NCBI GenBank assembly: GCA_964016885.1 | Contig: OZ024743.1 | Coordinates: 63,922,001 to 63,986,000 of the forward strand | Origin: Eledone cirrhosa | Lineage: Eukaryota | Direction: 5' to 3' | DNA length: 64,000 nucleotides | Part shown: in pieces, positions 24,101-34,451 of the stretch | Numbering within the stretch: position 1 is the stretch's first letter | Layout of the letters: every line of letters begins with the position of its first letter | Notes under the pieces: model-generated | What the model saw: only the letters and a program-made list of their open reading frames with translations | Database searches by the model: none | What the model was told of the DNA's origin: nothing | Made by a program: the position numbers and the translations under genes

Positions 24101-24852
24101 CCTAGCCCGTCAGCATTCATCTCCTCAGTGGCCGTATCTCTGTTCCAGGTATTATTTATCTCAGTATTCAGATCATTGTCTGCTTCGGGTGGTTCCTCCG
24201 TTCTCAGGACCTCTTCACCTTCATTTCCCACTGGCTCGCTTGTCTGGCATACTACACCCGCCATCTCCAAGCCATTCTCTCTGCTCAGTTCCTCCAGTTC
24301 CAGCTCGCTTATCCATCCATTAGTTCTTATTACACGAGCCTGCCCGGCCAATTTTGGTTCATCTAATTTAAATAAACCAATCTCGTTCCAGATGTTATGC
24401 ATCCGTCTCCTGTAGCCCCTCTCCTTGGGGTTACTTTTCAGGTAACATTGCATAACAGTTCTATTCAATTCTTTCGTCCAGTTGGTTCTGGCCCCTTTCC
24501 TTCTTCTCCTTCCTCCAACATCAGCAGTATTTGGTTGACAGTCAGGTTCCTGCTGCTGAGCCAGGGGGCACCTGTTGGGTGAGAGTCTGTCACATGACGT
24601 TCTAGTCTCCATTTCACCGTTATTCGAACTGTTTATGTTCGATATTTAAACACTCTTATCGAGGATTGGCGAATGTATGGTTACATATCCATCTGTGGAT
24701 CCGCCATTCCACTTGGCCCTTGTGTGGCATTATCACCACGCTGTATACGAACACACATAAACAAACAAACACACAGGCAGAAAGGGCCCCAAAAATGAAT
24801 AAGCATAAGTTTCATTGTAATGTAGTGTTCGAATGTCTGACTTATTGTCTGA
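21110..24852 (-). mobile_element. Full-length R4/Dong-clade non-LTR retrotransposon (Dong-1) in a (TAA)n microsatellite
   Basis: Single long ORF, short 3'UTR, (TAA)n on both sides. Dong elements are known to target TAA repeats. Confidence 0.92.
21220..24612 (-). CDS. Intact RT plus restriction-like endonuclease (RLE) protein, 1130 aa
   Basis: [37 protein letters not shown]; CCHC CRIC..H...C; RHD; PD..D..K motif (RPDLVV..IVDVACP..EK). Confidence 0.95.
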   Translation of the reverse strand: METRTSCDRLSPNRCPLAQQQEPDCQPNTADVGGRRRRKGARTNWTKELNRTVMQCYLKSNPKERGYRRRMHNIWNEIGLFKLDEPKLAGQARVIRTNGWISELELEELSRENGLEMAGVVCQTSEPVGNEGEEVLRTEEPPEADNDLNTEINNTWNRDTATEEMNADGLGQDSVDILNLVVDELNNDSGRPMNLRFVDRKKLKETTAKVNKVIPYLEARSLHQCNNILKATANTVRKLLGIKARGNNRQERAEPWWKKRLSGQIGEMRNDIGKLESLLNGTLKNIGTKNRLEIKYKTRRKKLNIIIQELKQRIVAKSAKIRRYENRVSQYKQNRMFDNNQKMLFGQLEGKERGNDLIPGAEQTKTFWRGIWEQDVRHNAQAGWIETVQREIGEQAQQQTDLSITVETLKGQAKKLTNWKSPGPDGVQGYWIKHLTSLHPKLTAMFNDCLVSGEVPEWLTKGTTVLIMKDRIKGNDVTNYRPITCLSVMWKLLTSIVSEEIYHHLHTNNLLPDEQKGCRKKSRGTKDQLLIDKMVMGNCRRRHTDLAMGWIDYRKAFDMVPHSWITKSLEIFRVADNIRQLLGRSMGSWETELTSTGVSLGSVKIKRGIFQGDSLSPLLFVLALMPLTIMLRKVRAGYKLGRGELTINHLLFMDDLKLFGKSEKELDVLVDTVRIFSSDICMQFGIGKCGVIVMKRGRLSRSNGIQIPTGEMIKEIDSEEGYKYLGVLEADGIKNKKMKELLRTEYIRRVRSVLKSHLNSRNAISAVNSRAVSIIRYSAGILRWNVAEQKEMDRKTRKLLTIYNMFHKRSDVDRLYLRRSEGGRGLISIEDCVQMEKNNLYKYVTYSKEPMLRTVLKEGTIGQGMSKEEITSRRKSSLKGKSLHSTFFEKTEFRDPQTWNWLRRGDLKKATEGMLMAAQEQALKTKWLKHHIYKEEASPLCRICGEREETVAHIVSECKHLAQTHYKGWRHDVMGRVIHWHLCKVNNLPHSEKWYEHRPEAVMENNQVKVLWDFRIQTDKKLEHNRPDLVVVDKEKRSCLIVDVACPFDTRVQEKEREKINRYQDLKWEVKRIWNCHEVKVIPIVIGALGTISKSFQGWLKKIGPFTLFGTLQKACLLGTARTLRYVLNI

Positions 24853-25117
24853 TTATTATTATTATTATTATTATTATTTGCATTTATCTTGCTTTATGTT
24901 TATACGAGTTATCACCAAGTCACAACCAGTGACCTCAAGAGACAACAAGGTCCGCCATGTTCAAGAAAGAACACACATATTCACACATGCATCCTTAGTG
25001 TTTAGACTTGTGATGTACTTATATTGACAGGATCTTCCTTAGTATATGGGCAGTTCCCATTAGTACTATCTTTTGTATTTCTCCTATACGCGGGTTTCCT
25101 GGGATTTGCGATAAGTA

Positions 25118-25118
25118 A

Positions 25119-25175
<57 letters not shown>

Positions 25176-27166
25176 GATTGTTATTACTCTTTGAGTCTCA
25201 GTCATTGATGTTAGTTAACTGGAAAGTTTGTTGAGATGAATATCAAGCCACTACCTGCCGCCTCAGATATTCAGGACGTATCGGAGGGTTCTTGCTGTTC
25301 CCAGCACGCATGCCTTTTGAAGCGTTCCAAAAAGCGTGAAGGGGCCAATTTTCTTTAACCATCCCTGGAAACTTTTTGAGATAGTCCCTAGTGCGCCTAT
25401 GACAATCGGGATCATTTTGACTTCATGACAGTTCCAAATCCTTTTTACCTCCCACTTTAAGTCCTGGTATCGGTTAATTTTCTCCCTCTCCTTCTCTTGC
25501 ACTCTCGTGTCGAATGGGCAGGCCACATCCACAATCAGACACGCTCTTTTTTCTTTGTCCAAAACCACCAGGTCAGGTCTATTGTGTTCCAGTTTCTTGT
25601 CCGTCTGTATCCTAAAATCCCACAGCACCTTCATCTGATCGTTTTCTATCACCGCCTCTGGCTTATGCTCATACCACTTTTCAGAATGTGGTAAATTGTT
25701 TACTTTGCATAGGTGCCAGTGGATGACCCTGCCCATCACATCATGTCTCCAGCCCTTATAGTGAGTCTGGGCTAGGTGTTTACACTCGGATACAATGTGA
25801 GCCACAGTCTCCTCTCTCTCTCCACAGATCCTGTACAGTGGGCTAGCCTCCTCCTTGTAAATGTGGTGTTTCAACCACTTCGTTTTGAGGGCCTGCTCCT
25901 GCGCAGCCATTAACATTCCTTCTATAGCCTTTTTAAGGTCTCCTCTTTTCAACCAGTTCCATGTCTGTGGATCTCTAAATTCAGTTTTCTCAAAGAAGGT
26001 ACTATGAAAGGATTTTTCCTGAAGGCTGCTCTTTCTCCTTGATGTTATTTCTTCCTTGGACATCCCCTGGCCTATTGTCCCCTCCTTCAGTACAGTTCTG
26101 AGCATTGGCTCCTTACTATCAGTCACGTATTTGTGTAGGTTGTTTTTCTCCATCTGAACACAGTCCTCTATGCTGATAAAACCTCTTCCGCCCTCAGATC
26201 TCCTTAAGTAGAGTCTATCGACATCACTCCTCTTGTGGAACATATTGTAGATAGTCAATAGCTTCCTAGTCTTCCTTTCCATTTCTTTTTGTTCAGCAAC
26301 ATTCCATCTCAGAATTCCCGCACTGTACCTAATAATAGACACAGCTCGGGAATTTACTGCACTTATGGCATTCCTACTGTTCATATGTGACTTTAATACG
26401 CTCCTTACTCTCCGAAGGTATTCAGTTTTATCAATGCCTTCATTTTTTTGTTCTTGATGTCATCAGCCTCCAGAACGCCCAAATACTTGTATCCTTCCTC
26501 AGAGTCAATTTCTTTTATCATCTCACCTGTTGGTATCTGGATTCCGTTACTTCTGCTCAACCTACCCCTCCTCATCACAATGACTCCACACTTACTAATA
26601 CCAAATTGCTTACATATATCATTGCTGAAAATACGGACAGTGTCAACAAGCACATCCAACTCCTTCTCACTCTTCCCGAAGAGCTTAAGATCGTCCATGA
26701 AGAGGAGGTGATTGATGGTAAACCCTCCCTTTCCCAACCTGTATCCTGCTCTCACTTTTCGCAGTACACTGGTCAGGGGCATCAGGGCAAGGACAAACAA
26801 CAGAGGGGACAGACTATCTCCCTGGAAGATACCTCTCTTGATCTTCACGCTTCCCAAGGATTCTCCAGTTTGCCCAACAACTGCCTGATGTTATCTGCCA
26901 CCTTGAAGATCTCCAGGCTTTTGGTGATCCAAGAATGAGGCACCATGTCAAATGCCTTTTTGTAGTCTATCCATCCCATGGCAAGACCAGTGTGTCTCCT
27001 CTTGCAATTCCTCATTACCATCTTATCAATAAGTAACTGGTCCTTTGTACCACGTGACTTCTTTCGGCATCCTTTGTGTTCGTCCGGTAACAAGTTGTTT
27101 GTGTGGAGGTGATGGTAGATTTCCTCAGACATAATGCTTGTCAACAGTTTCCACATTACGGACAGA

Positions 27167-27169
<3 letters not shown>
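25118..27169 (-). mobile_element. Dong-2, 5'-truncated and diverged (internal deletion ~26860, frameshifts)
   Basis: ORFs 25263-26384, 26405-26857 and 26845-27156 match Dong-1; TTA repeats on both sides. Confidence 0.92.
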
Positions 27170-27215
<46 letters not shown>

Positions 27216-27363
27216 GGCGACCTACGTAGGAAATCGTATTATCGTGAGCTCCGCAAAGGTTTGTTATTTCCGTTTGTTTAAAAATTGCCATTTATGGAAA
27301 ATTTTATTGTAAACTGTTTATAAGCACACATACATTGTTTACCGAAAAGGACACCCAAAAAGA

Positions 27364-29409
27364 TTGGGGCCTTGTGCCCAAAATTTTAACTTTTATTATT
27401 ATCCAAAAATTTCTTTGAAAAAAATGGCTAATTCCCCTCTGCACGAAGCAGCTGAAAGCCTTCCTCACAAAATAACACCTCACACCGACACCACCATTGT
27501 AAATGTTACTACGTTTGCCAACACAAAAAAAAATATAAGCAGTAGCAATATTTTAAATTTGTCTCAGGCAGACATTCATTTCCCGCCATTACCAATGACT
27601 GCAGGTGTTAAACCCTCCACCACCACCACCACCGCGACAACCACCACCACCACCACCACCACCGCGACAACAGAAACAAAAGAAGAAAAAAATAAATTAA
27701 CTCGTGACGTCGAAATGAAATCAAGCAAAATGGACTCTTCCCCACCAAAGACGACTGACGTCACCACCACAACTGAAAATAAAATTAATATCAACGATAG
27801 CAACAACAACAACAATGACATTATAAAACAGACCCTCAGTTTCGCCATCGTAGCAAAACAATTCGAAGCGTTCACGGTAACTCAAGAAGATTTAGAAAAT
27901 GCCAAACAAATGGTAAAGAAAGATGGGTACAGGGTCAGCCTCACCCCCCCACCTAATAAAATGGAGCATCGGCGCCTGTGCACCGTGTCGTATAGAACAA
28001 TAAATGTAAAATCGCGCCGAGTGGAACGGGCATCCGAGTCCCAAATCCAAAAAGCTTTGGGACATGTGTGGGCAAGAAAAACCCACATCAGACGTGGGCA
28101 AAAGTATGGAACCGTGGATGTGTTCTTTGAAGCACCAGAGGAGGCTAGAGAACACTCCATGGCCCCATTAAAAAGTGACGACCTCACACTCGTCCCAAGC
28201 TATTGTGGCCAGAGACTCGTAAAGATCAGGGTGACCCACGTTCCACCGGCCATCGAAATTCCCTGGCTAATAGCGGCTGTCCTCACCGGCATCGAAGCCA
28301 ACACGAAAATAATAGCAGTAGCAAAAGAAAAGCAGGAAAACTGGTCCGGATCTGGGATGGAGCTCCTGATCCAAGCGGACCAAAAAAGCATTGAGGAGAT
28401 CCCAGAGGTAATAGACCTCACTGACGGCAGCCACCTCACGGTAATTGTCGAGGGCAGAAGACCTAGGTGTGTCGTTTGTGGTGAAGGAACCCACCTAAGG
28501 GCTTTCTGCCCTCAGGCTAAAAGGTTGAGGCCACCTCTCCTACCCACCCCAGTGACAAAACCATCAACACCACCAGTAGCAGAGATGGCAGCAACAACTG
28601 TAGCAGCAACAACAGAAGCAACTATAACAGCAACAACCCCAGCAACAGTAGCAAAACCAACACCACTACCACCACCAGCAAAACCAACACCACCACCACC
28701 CAACGCTTCAGAACTAGCACCAGCGCCTACACCATCCACCACACCACAACCAAAACTAACGGCTGTGGAGGATTTTCCACTCCCCGGCCTATCACAACTG
28801 GAGACAGATTGTGACGACGAGGAGTGGGAAACGATATCCGGAAAAAAAAAAAGAAACCAAAAAAGAAAAAATTCTCTTCCTTCCCCCTCCAAAAACAAAA
28901 TACAGAGGGAAACAAATAAACTAAGAAACAAAAAAGTTAGGACAGATATGCCACCATCCACACCAGCATCACCAACCCCATCAACCCAAACACCAACACC
29001 ATCACCATCATTATCCCCAGCACCACCATCACCTACACCACAAAAGTCACCAAAATTCGAAACAGAAACAAACCCACAACAAACGCAAACAAAACAAAAC
29101 AACCAAAACGATACACACTACACAGCATTAAATTTGAACAACAAGCAATTATTACACTACATCCAACACAACACCAGCATCACAGAAAAAGACTACACAA
29201 CAACCCCAAAATTCACACCACCTCCACACATACAAATCACTCGCATCACACAGAAAACGTACATGACACTAAAACAAAAATTCCCAAAAGACATCGGAGA
29301 CTTCCGACAAGCACTCTCCAGGAGGATTTATAAGGACATCCTTCCCGAGGAGGCCACAAGCAGTGAAAAGGATGGAAAAACCGTCCTTCCCCTACGAGAA
29401 GTAAGGTAA
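27364..29409 (+). CDS. Tx1-C ORF1 (likely ATG start at 27424)
   Basis: CCHC CVVCGEGTHLRAFC; Pro/Thr-rich linker. Confidence 0.88.
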   Translation: MGPCAQNFNFYYYPKISLKKMANSPLHEAAESLPHKITPHTDTTIVNVTTFANTKKNISSSNILNLSQADIHFPPLPMTAGVKPSTTTTTATTTTTTTTTATTETKEEKNKLTRDVEMKSSKMDSSPPKTTDVTTTTENKININDSNNNNNDIIKQTLSFAIVAKQFEAFTVTQEDLENAKQMVKKDGYRVSLTPPPNKMEHRRLCTVSYRTINVKSRRVERASESQIQKALGHVWARKTHIRRGQKYGTVDVFFEAPEEAREHSMAPLKSDDLTLVPSYCGQRLVKIRVTHVPPAIEIPWLIAAVLTGIEANTKIIAVAKEKQENWSGSGMELLIQADQKSIEEIPEVIDLTDGSHLTVIVEGRRPRCVVCGEGTHLRAFCPQAKRLRPPLLPTPVTKPSTPPVAEMAATTVAATTEATITATTPATVAKPTPLPPPAKPTPPPPNASELAPAPTPSTTPQPKLTAVEDFPLPGLSQLETDCDDEEWETISGKKKRNQKRKNSLPSPSKNKIQRETNKLRNKKVRTDMPPSTPASPTPSTQTPTPSPSLSPAPPSPTPQKSPKFETETNPQQTQTKQNNQNDTHYTALNLNNKQLLHYIQHNTSITEKDYTTTPKFTPPPHIQITRITQKTYMTLKQKFPKDIGDFRQALSRRIYKDILPEEATSSEKDGKTVLPLREVR

Positions 29410-29443
29410 GTGGTCTTTCCCATCTTTTCCACTCCTTTTCAAC

Positions 29444-32400
29444 ATGACCTCACTCAGAATAGGCAGCATAAATGCGCGTGGCTTGGGGTCGTCATGGAAG
29501 CAGGGCCACCTGCTCAACGACCTCAGGTCACTAAACATAGATGTAGTGGCCATCAGCGAGACCAGAATCTCCGAAGCACAGGCTTTCGCACCGATCTTCG
29601 GCGGCTACGATGTGTACGCATCTCCCAGCCGTCCGGGATCGGGGGGAGGAGTTGCTGTGCTTTTTCGGAGAGGTTTGGATCTTGCCATACGGGCCATCTT
29701 CCTGGACCCAGAAGGTAAGTTGGTGGTGCTGGACGTGACCAGCGGAGACGGGCAAGCTTTCAGGTTAGTGGCCGTCTATGCCCCGACAGGAGCAGGGCGG
29801 CCTGATTTCTTCCGGCGTCTGGAGACCTTTCTTGGAACGTCCCGCTCTTTAGTGTTAGTGGGCGACTGGAACGGGATCTTAGATGCACGCTGGGATTGTG
29901 TGGGATTAGTGGATAGGGAAGGAGGGTGCAAGAGTCTCACCAACCTGCTCAGACGTTTTGAACTGTCTGACAGGTACCGAATGGATTTCCCGAATGTACC
30001 AATGTGGACTTGGACAAATCGCATAGGGTCATCCAGATCATATCTAGATAGAGTATTTTGTAGGGAAATAGATAGGTCTAGCATAGGCTGTCCACAATTC
30101 AAGATAGTCAGCTACACGGACCACAAATTCGTGATCTGTGTGCTTGACTTAGATAGGCTTCATAGACGAGGACCCGGCTACTGGAAGTTAAACACGTCTT
30201 TACCAGCGCGCAAGGCCTACAGAGACCGGATTAGCGAACTAGTTAAGCGGGCGTTGACGGGGGCCATCGTCAACAACAAGTGGTGGTTTGCTCTGAAAAG
30301 AGCAATTAGAATAGAGTCCATTAGGTTTAGTAAGACTTTAGCAATAGAGAAAAATAGAGCAGAGGGAGAATTAGTTAGAAAATTAGATGAGGCGCTTAGC
30401 AAAGGCATCGCGACCGACGTGCTTGCGGCGAAATTGGCCCTTGACCAATTCTTCAATGCAAAGCACGAAAGCTGCGTTGTCAGAGCTAGGGTGCGTGCTC
30501 TTAGACACGAGGGGACGAAAGCCGTTCAATGGGCGCGAGTGGCGGAGGCGCGTCGTGGCAACAAAGCCACGATGCGGTCTTTGGTGGACCACGACGGGCG
30601 CATGCTACTCGATCCCGGGCAAATGTGTGAAGCTTTTCAGCGACACTTCGCTCAACTGTTCGGGGGCAGTGGCGGGCCGGATCGAGGGATGGACTTTAGT
30701 GTCTACCTCGACGGACTGCCGCGGCTTTCGGCCACTGAGGCGGAGTGTTGCGAAAAGCCGATAACAACCGCTGAAGTACGGGATGCAATGACTAGTTGCA
30801 CAAGGGGTAAATCGCCTGGTTTGGATGGTCTGCCCTATGAACTTTACGTACAAATGCCAAACTTGTTCGGAGGCCTCTTGGCGGACGTCTACTGCAACTG
30901 GCAACAGAACGGGAGAATTCCCAGCTCTGTGAGCCGAGGAGCGGTGGCGCTGCTGAGAAAGGATCCGAACAAGGGGGATAACATAGATAATTTTAGGCCC
31001 ATAACTCTGCTAAACACAGAGTTCAAGATTTTGGCCAAGGTGCTAGCAAAGAGGTTGGCGCTTGTCGTTGGTGGTCTGGTGGGAGAGGCACAGACATGCG
31101 CCATTCCCGACAGATCCATCCACGACAACCTCCACCTCATGCGATACATCGTAGAGAGGGTAGCTAGGGAACCTGGCACGGGTGGGTCTTTGATCAATTT
31201 AGATCAGTCGAAAGCCTTCGATAGGGTCGACAATCGTTACCTAACGGCAGTCCTGAGGGCGGCTGGCTTTGGGCCCGTCTTCAGAGGCTGGATCGCTGCC
31301 ATGCACAGCGACATCTGCTCTGTAGTGAGAGTGAACGGTCACCTTTCGGAACCGTTCAACATCATGCGCTCGGTCCGCCAAGGATGTCCCCTCTCGTCCC
31401 TATTGTACGTATTGACTCTCGAGCCATTACTGCACAAACTGGAGACGTTGAGGGGGGTCCCGCGCGAACTAGGATGCGGAAGATCCGTGTCAGCATATGC
31501 CGACGATGTCACCGTAGTGGTGTCGAACGCCAAACACATCGAGGCGATCGGCACTACACTAAGAGAATACGAAGCGATCACAGGAGCAATGATCAACCAG
31601 GAAAAGTCAGTGGGCCTGCAGCTCGGCACCTGGAGAGGCAGGTCCATGCCGTCCAACAGCATAGTCGGGCGCTGGACGGACGGACCGGTAAATTGCTAGG
31701 GGTCTGGTTCGGTCCAGACCTCCAGACGGACAAAAACTGGGACGAGGTGACGAGCAGGGTGGCTTCTCTCACCCAGAAATGGGCCGAGAGGAAGCTATCC
31801 CTGAAAGGTCGAGCGGAGGTGGCGAATGCGTACATCGCATCCGTCATCTACTACCGCCTGACCGTCGTACCTTGTCCTAAGCCCCGCCTGACTGCGCTGG
31901 AGCGTTTGCTCTTTCGCTTCTTGTGGAAGGGACGCGCTCCGATGGTCAGGTGGTCCATCTGCTGTCAACACCCGCTACGTGGAGGGCTGGGCATGCCGTG
32001 GCTGATGATGCGCAGACACGCGCTCAGGCTACGACATCTCCACCTCTTCCTCGACGGTGATCAGGTGTGGTCGCCGTTTGCAAGACACGTTTTTCCCCAG
32101 CTCGTCTCCTTGACGGAGCTGCAGTCCTGGGTCAAGCGAAGACCGAGAGGGAGCGCTTGGAGACTGGAATGTCTTCAGGCGCTCACAGCCCTCGATCAAT
32201 CGGGCAATGTGATCGGTGGGAACTCCACCTTGGCGTTCTATAGGGGATTAGTGGAGGGGAAGAGCGACGACGTACTTGGAGAAACTCTAGGCGTCGACGA
32301 AAATCAACTAGCCAATCTCTTCGGAAGGACTTTCGGGGCCTATGGACAACTTCCAGAAATCCCTGGCCTGGCAGTGCTACCGAGGAGCTTTGCCAGTTCG

Positions 32401-32857
32401 GTATAAACTCTACAGGCATGGAGGTGCCGTCAGCCGGGCATGTCCGAGATGCGCGCAGGGCGACGAAACCGTCCTGCACGCACTCGTCCAGTGTCCGAGC
32501 ATTGCTGACTTGTGGGTTTATGTCGAACACCTGCTGTCACGTGTAGGACCTATCCAGCTATCAGCTGAGTCCATCGTGAGGATTGCCCCGCCCCCTTCCT
32601 TTAGCCTGGAAGGGCAGGCAGTTTTTATCTGTCTGGTGGCCATGGCGAAAGAGATAGTATGGTGGACACGTTTGAAAGGGCTGAAGACGAGCACTTACCT
32701 CTTCGGTGATGCCCTGATTAACTTTTTCAAATTTCATTTGAAAAGGAAAATCAGGGTAGAGAGGGAAGTGCTCTCTTCCCAGCATTTTGTTGAAAGATGG
32801 GTGAGAGAAGCAAGTATGGCCCGAATGAATGGGCCTTCTCTGAGTATGTGTCTGTAA
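29444..32857 (+). pseudogene. Tx1-C ORF2 (APE-RT-ZnF) with two frameshifts
   Basis: 1-nt deletion ~31690 and small deletion ~32337 relative to Tx1-E; APE and RT motifs present. Confidence 0.92.
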
Positions 32858-33127
32858 ATTAAAGGTGGAAAACTGGGAGAGGGCACTTGCCCTGGTGGTC
32901 AGGGCCACTGTGGTCTTTTAATGGGCTTTCTCCACAAATGTCCCTTGGAAGTCTCCCCCCTATTGGGGAATTTTTCTTTGTTATTTTATTTCAACCTCTG
33001 TTTTTTTACACGCAGAAATGCCCATTTGTACCGTCCTGTATTGTCCTGTACTGTCCTTAATGTCTACTTTATGTGAACCCTTGTGGTTAATAAAGAAAAC
33101 ATTATTATTATTATTATTATTATTATT

Positions 33128-33927
33128 GTTATTGTTATTCCTTGAATCTCAGTCATTGATGTTGGTTAACTGGAAAGTCCGTTGGATTGAATATCAAGCC
33201 ACTACCTGCAGCCTCAGATATTCAGGACGTATCGGAGGGTTCTTGCTGTTCCAAGCAAGCATGCCTTTTGAAGCGTTCCAAAAAGCGTGAAGGGGCCGAT
33301 TTTCTTTAACCATCCCTGGAAACTTTTGGAGATAGTCCCCAGTGCGCCTATGACAATCGGGATCACTTTGACTTCATGGCAGTTCCAAATCCTTTTCACC
33401 TCCCACTTTAGGTCCTGGTATCGGTTAATTTTCTCCCTCTCCTTCTCTTGCACTCTCGTGTCGAACGGGCAGCCCACATCCACAATCAGACACGATCTTT
33501 TTTCTTTGTCCACAACCACCAGGTCAGGTCTATTGTGTTCCAGTTTTTTGTCCGTCTGTATCCTAAAATCCCACAGCACCTTCACCTGATTGTTCTCCAT
33601 CACCGCCTCTGGCCTATGCTCATACCATTTCTCAGAATGTGGTAAATTGTTTACTTTGCACAGGTGCCAGTGGATCACCCTGCCCATCACATCGTGTCTC
33701 CAGCCCTTATAGTGGGTCTGGGCTAGGTGTTTACACTCGGACACAATGTGAGCCACAGTCTCCTCTCTCTCTCCACAGATCCTGCACAGTGGGCTAGCCT
33801 CCTCCTTGTAAATATGGTGCTTCAACCACTTCGTTTTGAGGGCCTGCTCCTGCGCAGCCATTAGCATTCCTTCTGTAGCCTTTTTGAGGTCTCCTCTTCT
33901 CAACCAGTTCCATGTCTGTGGATCTCT
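33128..33927 (-). mobile_element. Dong-3, 5'-truncated (RLE region only)
   Basis: Near-identical to Dong-1 ~21136-21932; ORF 33214-33903. Confidence 0.93.
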
Positions 33928-33958
<31 letters not shown>

Positions 33959-33970
33959 TATTATTATTAT

Positions 33971-34417
33971 TTCTCCGAAGAGGTAAGTGCTGGAAAGGGC
34001 TGAAGACGAGCACTTACCTCTTCGGTGATGCCCTGATTAACTTTTTCAAATTTCATTTGAAAAGGAAAATCAGGGTAGAGAGGGAAGTGCTCTCTTCCCA
34101 GCATTTTGTTGAAAGATGGGTGAGAGAAGCAAGTATGGCCCGAATGAATGGGCCTTCTCTGAGTATGTGTCTGTAAATTAAAGGTGGAAAACTGGGAGAG
34201 GGCACTTGCCCTGGTGGTCAGGGTCACTGTGGTCTTTTAATGGGCTTTCTCCACAAATGTCCCTCGGAAGTCTCCCCCCTATTGGGGAATTTTTCTTTGT
34301 TATTTTATTACATCCTCTGTTTTTTACACGCAGAAATGCCCATTTGTACCGTCCTGTATTTTCCTGTATTGTCCTTAATGTCTACTTTATGTAAACCCTT
34401 GTGGTCAATAAAGAAAA

Positions 34418-34451
<34 letters not shown>
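33971..34451 (+). mobile_element. Tx1-D, short 5'-truncated copy with (ATT)11 tail
   Basis: Matches the end of ORF2 and the 3'UTR of Tx1-C/E. Confidence 0.92.

Larger units (their letters stand above)
27216..33127 (+). mobile_element. Full-length Tx1-clade LINE (Tx1-C) with (TTA)n tail
   Basis: ORF1, ORF2, 3'UTR, AATAAA ~33089, (ATT)9. Confidence 0.93.

Noticed and set aside
24613-24852. HDV-like ribozyme in the Dong 5'UTR
   Set aside because: A GGCCCTT/AAGGGCC pairing exists on the minus strand, but I could not build the nested double pseudoknot by eye.
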